A stretch of 64,000 bases of DNA from Synechococcus sp. Its GTDB lineage: Bacteria > Cyanobacteriota > Cyanobacteriia > PCC-6307 > Cyanobiaceae. The DNA is taken from NCBI GenBank assembly GCA_047285535.1, contig JBJBDC010000001.1, positions 1,792,136 through 1,856,135 of the forward strand. The letters run 5' to 3'. A program made the translations under genes and the position numbers. The notes below the pieces were generated by a model, which worked only from the letters and a program-made list of their open reading frames with translations, did not search any database and was not told the DNA's origin. Below are positions 32,214-40,450 of this stretch, piece after piece; the stretch's first letter is position 1, and every line of letters begins with the position of its first letter.

Positions 32214-33790
32214 CGCAATCGCCTCTCCTGTTCATTAACCAACTGATCAGTCTCTCCAGGCCAGGTTGCGGAATAGCGATAAAGCTCAGCCACAGCGCTG
32301 TTGTAACTCTTGATTGCCAATGACAGTTGTGTTGATGACTGACCCAGCTGTTGAATGGTCTGAACAAGCGAAGTGATACTCGTCACGCCGACATCGAATC
32401 GTGCAAGTGCCGCCTCCTGGGCAAGCTGTGCACTTTTATAGGCACGTCTAGCACTATGAACAGCAATATCTGCAGACCGATACTTACCGTAACTAGAGCG
32501 CACCTGCTCAACAGCTTTCAACTTATTGAGCTCGGCTACAGATTTATTCTTAGCCTCCAGAGAGTATGCACTCTGTGATTGAGCTGCTTGAACTCCTCCG
32601 TCAAACATCAACCAGGAAAAGCCAAGTCCTACATTGGTATCCCAGCGACGTGTTTCAGCAAGATAATCTGATGTATTGAGGCCAGGCTGCCCGCTCAGTA
32701 CGCCACTTTGATACGAAAGATTTCCGGATCCGATCAAAGAAATTTTTGGCAGATATGCACGGATAGCAGCTAGGCCCCGCCACTTTGCTTGTTGAGCTGC
32801 TGCCAAACTTGATAAAATTTCCTCCCTCATTTCAATGGCGCGAGTGATAGTATCACTCAAGGATAGTTTCCACTCGGGATACAAGCGAGCTTTTTCCGAT
32901 GGAATAGCAAGCTCATCACTTTTCATACCCAAGCTCCTGGATAAAACGGCTGCTTCTGAAAGAAAAGATTGCGTGTAATTAATTAGAGAATTCAATTGAG
33001 TATAAAGCTGAGTTTCTGTTTGCGCGAGATCTTGGACGGAAACCATGAGAATGCCATACTGTGCCTGAATAAAATCAAGCTGGCGTCGGTTAATGTCATA
33101 GATTTCCTGAAAATCGTCAATAAGCTGTCTAGTACTTTGTAGAGCGTAATAGGCTGTTTGAATCTCAAGGATTAAATTTCTAGCACTTACAATAAAGAGT
33201 AATTTTTGCTCTCTCAGCGCCTCTGAGGCAGCATTAATGGATGGCTGCCGCGTTGGGTCGATTGCATCCCAAGAAAAGCTAAGGCCCGGCTGAAATGTCG
33301 CATTACTAGAATAAGTGGTGATCTGAGGAGATGTAGTCGTAGTGACCTGCGAAGATTCAGGCAGCGAAGAGAGTGAGCCTTCCTCTGTAGCAGTCGCTGC
33401 CAGATCAGAAGTAAAAGACTGGGGTCGGTATAACCTCTGAACAAAAGTTTGTGCTGTGTAACCAACGAATGGTGAGCCATTGGCAAAGCGAAGATTTGGA
33501 TACCAGCGTCTCTGTGCAGCGACAAGCTGCCACTCATACTGTTGGATCGTTCGAAAGGCAGAAACCAGCTCAGGATTGTTCTTAATACCAAGAGCTATTG
33601 CCTCGTCGAGCGTGAGACTCTTTGAAGAATTCAAGACTATGGACTGAAGGTTTTGAAGTCTTCGCAAAAGGGCATCTGCCTCCAAATCAGCTGAATCTTC
33701 TTTCGCCAATGCACTTTTGGGGAAAGAGTTGGCAATTATCGCCAAGCAGAGCGCAGCGCCAAGATAATTCTTAAGCAGCCAACGTGACAA
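32210..33790 (-). CDS. TolC-family outer-membrane efflux protein
   Basis: Signal peptide; LTLDEAIALGIKNNPEL, AYYAL, FDGG and RFDVGV motifs. Confidence 0.9.
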   Translation of the reverse strand: MSRWLLKNYLGAALCLAIIANSFPKSALAKEDSADLEADALLRRLQNLQSIVLNSSKSLTLDEAIALGIKNNPELVSAFRTIQQYEWQLVAAQRRWYPNLRFANGSPFVGYTAQTFVQRLYRPQSFTSDLAATATEEGSLSSLPESSQVTTTTSPQITTYSSNATFQPGLSFSWDAIDPTRQPSINAASEALREQKLLFIVSARNLILEIQTAYYALQSTRQLIDDFQEIYDINRRQLDFIQAQYGILMVSVQDLAQTETQLYTQLNSLINYTQSFLSEAAVLSRSLGMKSDELAIPSEKARLYPEWKLSLSDTITRAIEMREEILSSLAAAQQAKWRGLAAIRAYLPKISLIGSGNLSYQSGVLSGQPGLNTSDYLAETRRWDTNVGLGFSWLMFDGGVQAAQSQSAYSLEAKNKSVAELNKLKAVEQVRSSYGKYRSADIAVHSARRAYKSAQLAQEAALARFDVGVTSITSLVQTIQQLGQSSTQLSLAIKSYNSAVAELYRYSATWPGETDQLVNEQERRLR

Positions 33791-34126
33791 CGTGAAAAAT
33801 CAACGCACTGTATAAAAACACATTTCACTGGCATGCGCAATCCTATTAATAAGCATCAATTTCCCAACAACTGCCTCAAGAGGGAAAACCCCCAAACTGG
33901 CATCGTCAAGACGCAAATTCTTCACAACGACCTTACAGATCACAAGCGAACACAATCCCTAGCTAAAACCAAAACGAAAAACATTACAGATTACCCCTAA
34001 AACCATACCTACCCAGGCTAAAAGCTTGCACAGAATAAAACAAAATTCAAAGCGAAGACCCTAGATTGTTTCATAGCAATCCGAGAAAATGATGAGAATG
34101 CAACCTCTTGCCAACCCTTTGAGGAT

Positions 34127-34477
34127 ATTTCCAATTCCAAGCCACTTATCAAGAGAAGCCATAACCCTTGCCAACACTGACAATGACAACACAGTCGCAC
34201 TGCTTGCAAAGCCAAAAGAAGCCTCATGCAAGGCAGGGTTTATTACATCCAATGGCATAACAGTCCATTACTCGACGGAAGTGAAATAGTTCCTCCAACA
34301 ACGACCCCTAACTTTTACCCACAACGCTGCAAAATGGACAAGATGGCAAACAGGTAGTTAGACGAAGAGGCCATGCAAACTGTTACCGCAGGTGGTCCAT
34401 GCCAAACCACCAAAAACACAGCAGGCAGCTCTCACACTTACATGCCTTCAGCCACCAGCGCCGCAAGCAAGTGCTGA
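34127..34477 (+). pseudogene. Decayed paralog of the NHLP precursor
   Basis: Reads EAITLANTDND...KAGFITSNGITVHY, then a 1-nt frameshift near 34271, an in-frame TAG at 34355, and LDEEAMQTVTAGG-PCQTTKNTAGSSHTYMPSATSAASKC-stop; collinear with 34916-35266. Confidence 0.85.
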
Positions 34478-34854
34478 TCAAACACTGACTAAAAAATCAG
34501 ATTCACTCAAAACAGCAAAACACAAGCCCGAACAAGAGCAAAATCACATCCCAAACTTGTGCCAATCCACGAAACAGTTACCCGAAATCATTAAGAGTAT
34601 ATGCAAAATCCTTAGCTCCTATCAAGCAATTTTCAAAGTTCAAAGGTCAGAGCGCATTTGACACAAGTTCAAAGGAAAAGCAATTGCGATCTTCTCTCAG
34701 AAGATGTATGCTGAGATTGCTAATTACGAGGACAAGCATAAATTCTCATCATTCAAACAAATAGATTCAACTCTTCTTACATCAACAAGTTTACAATTGC
34801 AATTGTCAGGGAGACCCTCCATTGGGCTAGGCCAGTGGCAGAAAACCAAAGCAT

Positions 34855-34863
34855 TGCTATGGT
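34855..34863 (+). promoter_or_regulatory. Putative extended -10 promoter of the precursor gene
   Basis: TGcTATGGT directly upstream of a 5' hairpin (34868-34893), about 50 nt before the ATG. Confidence 0.4.
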
Positions 34864-34915
34864 AGGTAGAGTTTCCTAAGCGCAGGGAACTCTTTATAAA
34901 CAGATTTAAGAAGTA

Positions 34916-35266
34916 ATGTCCGACTTCAAGCTCATTCAAAAGGCAACAGCTTTGGCAAGCACCGATGCTGACTACAAAGCTGAATTGCTTTCCAACACTA
35001 AAGAAGCATTAAGAAAGGTCGGGTTCACTGCACCCGAAGGCGTAACAGTCCATTTTGTCGAGGAAGGTACAAATGTTCCTCCAGCAACAAGTTCCGACAT
35101 TTATTTGCAACTTGGCAAAGTGGACAATACGGCAACCATGGAATTAGACGAAGAGGCTCTGCAAGCGGTTGCTGCAGGTGGGACATGCCAATCAACAGCA
35201 AGCACAGCAGGCACAATTCCCTCTTGCGTCTCCTCAGCTAGTAGTGCCAGTTCAAAGTGCCAATGA
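34916..35266 (+). CDS. NHLP (nitrile hydratase-like leader) RiPP precursor peptide
   Basis: Leader DADYKAELLSNTKEAL...PEGVTVHFVEE...ELDEEALQAVAAGG; core TCQSTASTAGTIPSCVSSASSASSKCQ. Confidence 0.93.
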   Translation: MSDFKLIQKATALASTDADYKAELLSNTKEALRKVGFTAPEGVTVHFVEEGTNVPPATSSDIYLQLGKVDNTATMELDEEALQAVAAGGTCQSTASTAGTIPSCVSSASSASSKCQ

Positions 35267-35285
35267 TCATCAGCGTCTAGACATT

Positions 35286-35320
35286 CAAGAAGACTCTAGA
35301 TTTTTATCAGAGTCTTCTTG
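35286..35320 (+). promoter_or_regulatory. Stem-loop between the precursor and the modification genes
   Basis: Perfect 12-bp inverted repeat CAAGAAGACTCT/AGAGTCTTCTTG with no U tract. Confidence 0.7.
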
Positions 35321-35352
35321 CATTCATAATAGCAATCAATAATTTACCATCA

Positions 35353-37605
35353 ATGAGGATGCTAACCATACCCAAATTTGCTCCACACATCACCGTAACT
35401 TTCATTCCTGACGACTCCGTTGTCATCTCAGGCAGCGGATTCCAGAGTCGCCTTAAATCCCCTTACTGGCAGACATTATATCCCCTTATCAATGGTTCCA
35501 ATCAGCTAGACGACATTGTTGATATTGCAACTTCAGAAAATCCAGATTGGAGTACAACAGATCTCTACAAGTTTTTTTTCCGTCTCCACAAGAAAAACTT
35601 TCTGGTAGAAACAAATCAAGAGCGTTCACACCTTGATATTTTCGCTTTAGCGGTGAGTGAACAAAAACCGATTAGCCATGGCTTGCAGATACCAACATTA
35701 AGGATTCACCAAATCGGAGCCATCGATATTGAACCAATCAAAGCACTGATGAGCTGCACTGGGGTCAAGTTAAGCGAATCAGATAACGAACAAGCTCTCG
35801 ATATTTACCTCACAGACGATTACTTACGCCAAGAGCTAAAGGAAGTTAATCAAATCCATCTTAAGGAATCATCCGAATGGATTTTGATGCAGCTCAACGG
35901 CTTAGAGCCCATGCTCGGACCATGGTTCCACCCTGAGGAAGGAGCTTGCTGGGAGTGCCTGGCATCACGATTAAGAATGAACCGGGATCTCACAGAATTC
36001 CTGGGAGCTCACAGACAAGAGGGATACCCTTTCCCTGAACGTGTTGAGGTTCCTGGCTCGGCGTTACACATCACAGGAATACTTATCGAGCAAATTGCCT
36101 TGGCAACCTCGAAAGGTAAATCGAATATCGATGAAGCAATCTTGTCATGGAACACGTATCGATCCACGGCAACAACCCACACTGTGGTCAAACGGCCCCA
36201 ATGCAACGAATGCGGAAGCGAGCAACAGATCCATCTGCCAAAGCCGATCAACTTGAGCTCGGCACCAAGACGGCAAGCCAGCGATGCCGGCTACCGAAGC
36301 ATGACATCCGAGCAAGTCTTTGAAACTTTTAAATATCATCTGAGCCCCATTTCAGGCGTCGTCAAGCATCTTGAACGCATCACAAATCCCACCGATCCGA
36401 TTCAACACGTTTATGTCTCAGGTCAAAACTTCGCAACGTCTTATCGAAATATTCAGGACCTATCAAAGAATCTGCGTAGTTCATCCTGTGGTAAAGGCAC
36501 CACAGATATCCAAGCCAAGGTGAGTGGGCTTTGCGAAGCCATCGAGCGCTACAGCGGAGTGTTCCGAGGAGACGAGTATCGGATTCTATCCTCTCTAGAT
36601 CATCTAGGTGAAACAGGCATTCACCCAAATAGTATTCTGCTAATTAGCGATCAGCAGTACGAAAATAGGCACGAATGGAATGCTCGAAATAACAAGTTTG
36701 CCCTCGTTTGCGAACCATTCGATCCAACTGCTGAGCTGGAATGGTCGCCAGTTTGGTCGGTGACAAAGCAATGCACCAAATGGCTACCTACAGGTCATTT
36801 GTATTTCAACTATCCAATCAAAAACAATCAATTTACTATGATGCCATGCTCCAACGGCGCGTCCACTGGAGCGAGCCTTGAAGAAGCTGTTTTGCAGGGC
36901 TTTCTTGAAGTTGTTGAAAGGGATGCTTTTGCTATGTGGTGGTATCCCCGTACGCAACAGCCTCAGGTTGATCTTTCGAGTTACGACCTGCCTTATGTGC
37001 GCGCCATGGAAAAACGAATGGATGAACTGAACAGAGAACTTTGGGTTCTCGACATTACAAGTGATCTTGGGATCCCCGTTTTTGTGGCCTTTTCAAGAGA
37101 GACAACAGGCCATCGAGAAAATATCGTGTTTGCTCCAGGTGCGCACTTTGACCCCTGCATTGCGCTGTTGAGAGCTCTAACCGAGCTAAACCAAATGCTG
37201 CCTGGCGTGCAACCCGGACTAAACGGCCACGAATATGCGTTTGACGACCCCCATTGTGTTGAGTGGTGGACAACAGCAACGATTGATAATCAACCATACA
37301 TCTGCCCAAATAAAAACGCGGCAATGAGCCGGAGAGTGAATTACGACGTACCACAGACAACAGACTTGCTCGAAGATATTGATATTGCCCGTTCACTCGT
37401 TGAGTCGCGAGGAATGGAATTCATCATTCATAATCAAACAAGGCCTGACATCAAAATGCCAGTGGCTAAAGTGATCGTTCCTGGAATGAGACATTTTTGG
37501 GCTCGCTTCGCTCCCGGTCGATTATTCAATATCCCTGTAGAACTAGGAAGATTACAGATAACCCCCAAAGAGAGTGAACTGAATCCAATCTCGGTTTTCA
37601 TTTAA
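35353..37605 (+). CDS. Fused E1-like/YcaO cyclodehydratase (TOMM, PatD/TruD-like architecture)
   Basis: CWECL and CNECG zinc pairs; HLSPISGVV, GKG...EAIERYSG, SNG...LEVVERD, PGMRHFWARFAPGRL motifs; ends ELNPISVFI. Confidence 0.95.
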   Translation: MRMLTIPKFAPHITVTFIPDDSVVISGSGFQSRLKSPYWQTLYPLINGSNQLDDIVDIATSENPDWSTTDLYKFFFRLHKKNFLVETNQERSHLDIFALAVSEQKPISHGLQIPTLRIHQIGAIDIEPIKALMSCTGVKLSESDNEQALDIYLTDDYLRQELKEVNQIHLKESSEWILMQLNGLEPMLGPWFHPEEGACWECLASRLRMNRDLTEFLGAHRQEGYPFPERVEVPGSALHITGILIEQIALATSKGKSNIDEAILSWNTYRSTATTHTVVKRPQCNECGSEQQIHLPKPINLSSAPRRQASDAGYRSMTSEQVFETFKYHLSPISGVVKHLERITNPTDPIQHVYVSGQNFATSYRNIQDLSKNLRSSSCGKGTTDIQAKVSGLCEAIERYSGVFRGDEYRILSSLDHLGETGIHPNSILLISDQQYENRHEWNARNNKFALVCEPFDPTAELEWSPVWSVTKQCTKWLPTGHLYFNYPIKNNQFTMMPCSNGASTGASLEEAVLQGFLEVVERDAFAMWWYPRTQQPQVDLSSYDLPYVRAMEKRMDELNRELWVLDITSDLGIPVFVAFSRETTGHRENIVFAPGAHFDPCIALLRALTELNQMLPGVQPGLNGHEYAFDDPHCVEWWTTATIDNQPYICPNKNAAMSRRVNYDVPQTTDLLEDIDIARSLVESRGMEFIIHNQTRPDIKMPVAKVIVPGMRHFWARFAPGRLFNIPVELGRLQITPKESELNPISVFI

Positions 37606-39008
37606 TGAAAGAATCCATACATCTTCAACTACTAGCAACTCAACCCTATTCGTCTGTCATATCTGATAATGGCGTTGAAATCAACACCCCAACGAGACGA
37701 TTAAAATACAAAACCAAAAACAAAGCACTAGTCGAAGCATTTGGAAACATTTTCGACCAAAAAAAATCACTTCACGCTGCAATTCAGTTACTCACCGAGA
37801 GAGACCCTGATCAGCTTAGATCATTATTTTTAGTGCTGAAACGGCTGTACCAAGAAAATGGAATAGCCATTTTCTACCACCTCGACCAGATACACGCAGG
37901 AACCATACTGCCGATGGCGCCGATGCCATTAATCACCGACTTCTCACCATTAAGTGGAACAATCGGTCTGGCACGTTCTGCCAAACTTCATCGCCACCAA
38001 GAAGTGTTAGTTCTCGAAGCACCACTGGCTAGAGCTCGCTTAGAGATTCAACAAACCGCTCTTGTCGTCAAAATCAGCCAATGGATGGCTCAAGCAACTG
38101 TAAAGGTCGAAGAGTCTCTCCTAGCCCAATTACTTGTTGCCACAAATCTAGGAGATCTAATTACAGGGGACAATCCATTACTCTCCAAACCAGCTCCTGA
38201 GCTTGATGGATGGGGTTCCCATGAGCTCTTCTTTCAATTTCGATCGCGGCACGGATTCCACACATATCCATCCGGCGCCCTATTTCTAGCTGCTGGTCAT
38301 CGAGAACCACCCCCAGCCAACAGGATTAGAAGCGAGTCAGAAAAACGGATCCCCCTAAACAAACCAAAATCAATCAAAAGCGGCACGCTCGAGTCAGTCA
38401 TTGCAGCAAGGGTATCAACCAGCAGTTATAGGAATGAACAACCCGCACTCAATCAGTTAAGTGAACTGTTGTGGAGAACGATGCGTCAAACCGGAGAATT
38501 CTCTATGACAATTGAGGACAAGACAGGAAAATCTCACATTTTTCCACTGAAAAGTCGCCCGGTTCCATCCGGCGGTTCAGTACATGAAATCGATGCCTAT
38601 CTTTTAGTCAATGCACCAGGTTCTCTACAGAAAGGACTCTGGCGATATGATGACAAGAATCACGAACTTGTGATGGTGACAACACTCAATAATGACACCG
38701 AATTAATCCTCCTTCATGGACAGATCTCAGCAGGATTAGAGAAGCTGCCACCCATGATGCTGATATTTTCCGCACGATTTGATCGAATGATGTGGAAGTA
38801 CTCAGCACTTCCGTTAGCCGCTATCCTTAAACATGTCGGAGTTCTCTATGAAATTTTTTACCTAGTAGCTACAGACATGCGCTTAGGAGTCCGCGGATTG
38901 GGAAGTGGTGAATCAAGGGCATTCTCTCAGGCTATCCAAGTTCATCCCGCTGTTGAGTCAAGCGTTGGAGAAATGCTAATTGGTCTCCCTGCACAACACA
39001 TAGCATGA
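37605..39008 (+). CDS. SagB/ThcOx-family FMN azoline dehydrogenase
   Basis: HELFFQFRSR, RPVPSGG..HEIDAY and RMMWKY...KHVGVLY...YLVAT motifs. Confidence 0.9.
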   Translation: MKESIHLQLLATQPYSSVISDNGVEINTPTRRLKYKTKNKALVEAFGNIFDQKKSLHAAIQLLTERDPDQLRSLFLVLKRLYQENGIAIFYHLDQIHAGTILPMAPMPLITDFSPLSGTIGLARSAKLHRHQEVLVLEAPLARARLEIQQTALVVKISQWMAQATVKVEESLLAQLLVATNLGDLITGDNPLLSKPAPELDGWGSHELFFQFRSRHGFHTYPSGALFLAAGHREPPPANRIRSESEKRIPLNKPKSIKSGTLESVIAARVSTSSYRNEQPALNQLSELLWRTMRQTGEFSMTIEDKTGKSHIFPLKSRPVPSGGSVHEIDAYLLVNAPGSLQKGLWRYDDKNHELVMVTTLNNDTELILLHGQISAGLEKLPPMMLIFSARFDRMMWKYSALPLAAILKHVGVLYEIFYLVATDMRLGVRGLGSGESRAFSQAIQVHPAVESSVGEMLIGLPAQHIA

Positions 39009-40450
39009 CGATGCAACAGACAATCTCGAATGAATTAATCAGATTTCATGAGGTTCTTGCATCCAATTCTCACGTAAAGAGATTTGCGGAAAAATGGCTA
39101 TCCGACCCATCATTTCGAGAGGCCTTTCGAATCAACCCCAAACAAACTCTCTCCCAACATCACATCAAGCTTGATGAAAACGAAATCGTTCTCATCAGCG
39201 AGGGGAAACCCTCATCGGCTCTTGAACACCTGGAAGAAATTAAGCGTCAAAAGGAAATCTGGACTCATCACTTCTATAGCCAGACGTGCGCACCTATCGA
39301 TGAATCATGGCTGAGCTGGCGCAAACGCCAAGTTTCGCGGCAGATATTCGACCTTGGACCTCAACATGCGCTCTCAAACATCCACTCATCTCTGACTGTT
39401 GAACTAAACAAAGGTTGCAGTGTCGGCTGCTGGTTCTGCGCTTTAAGCCCTGACAAAAACACTATTCCGATGTTGTATGACTCTGGAGGGGAAGCTCGGT
39501 TCTCCACCTTGATTCGCGCGATGCAAAAAGAGCTTGGTCCTGCGGTGAAAAGCGGATTCCTCTATTGGGGAAGCGAGCCGATGGACAACCCTGATTACGA
39601 GCGTTATTGCCTTGATTTTCATTCCATCACAGGTGTCTTTCCTCCCACAACAACAGCACTACCCCATAAAGACCCAGAGCGTACGCGTCGATTTTTAAAA
39701 CTTGCTGATAAGCACAATGCCTGGCTGAGCCGATTCAGCGTTGCTTCGACAAGTCTCATGAATCGCATCCACTCTCTTTTCACAGCCGAGGAACTCGCCA
39801 CAACCGAGTGCCTGTCCCTGAATGCTGAGAGTTCTTTCTCGTTTGGTGTAGGAGGTCGATACCGCGATTATCTAAAGAAGCACCCAGAGATCCTTCAAGA
39901 GCAAAAGCAGAAACTAAAAAATGCACCTTTTTACGAGGAGATCAAGGAACATCTAAATGAAGAAACGCATGCGCACGGCTCCATTGCCTGTGTAACAGGT
40001 TTCCTGGTTAATTTAGTAGATCAATCGATTGCATTGATTGCACCTACCCACGCTGATGATGAGCACCCTCTGGGATATATCACATTTTCCAAAGAAACCT
40101 TTTCGAGCAATAGTGAAATCGTCAGCACAATCAGAACTGTTGTAGAACGCGGCAGAATTCTGGCACTCCGAAACAAAGATATCTGCGCTTTTCCCTGCTA
40201 CATCAAATGGGACCAGGACAAATCCGACATTATTTTTCAGGGTAGGCTTGGTACCAAGATTCGAGCTAAAAGTCTTGGTAAAAAGCCTAATTTGAATAAA
40301 CTATGTACTCTACTCAGCCACGGCAACCATTCGAAGCAAAAGATAGTTTCATCCTTCCCCAAAGAAAAAGAATGGATCGAATCAGTCCTCCATCGCCTAT
40401 GGCTAATGGGTGTATTGAAAGAGCCTAGCCATGCTAAAACAACTCCATGA
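39005..40450 (+). CDS. Radical SAM RiPP epimerase (PoyD/OspD-like)
   Basis: N-terminal HVKRFAEKWLSDPSFR; ELNKGCSVGCWFC (CxxxCxxC), FLYWGSEPMDNPDYE and GSIACVTGFLVNLVD motifs. Confidence 0.88.
   Translation: MTMQQTISNELIRFHEVLASNSHVKRFAEKWLSDPSFREAFRINPKQTLSQHHIKLDENEIVLISEGKPSSALEHLEEIKRQKEIWTHHFYSQTCAPIDESWLSWRKRQVSRQIFDLGPQHALSNIHSSLTVELNKGCSVGCWFCALSPDKNTIPMLYDSGGEARFSTLIRAMQKELGPAVKSGFLYWGSEPMDNPDYERYCLDFHSITGVFPPTTTALPHKDPERTRRFLKLADKHNAWLSRFSVASTSLMNRIHSLFTAEELATTECLSLNAESSFSFGVGGRYRDYLKKHPEILQEQKQKLKNAPFYEEIKEHLNEETHAHGSIACVTGFLVNLVDQSIALIAPTHADDEHPLGYITFSKETFSSNSEIVSTIRTVVERGRILALRNKDICAFPCYIKWDQDKSDIIFQGRLGTKIRAKSLGKKPNLNKLCTLLSHGNHSKQKIVSSFPKEKEWIESVLHRLWLMGVLKEPSHAKTTP

Noticed and set aside
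34089..34289. 66-aa ORF as an independent gene
   Set aside because: It is the leader half of the frameshifted precursor pseudogene.
34392..34661. 89-aa ORF in the spacer
   Set aside because: It is an out-of-frame read through the pseudogene core into AT-rich DNA, with no recognisable motif.
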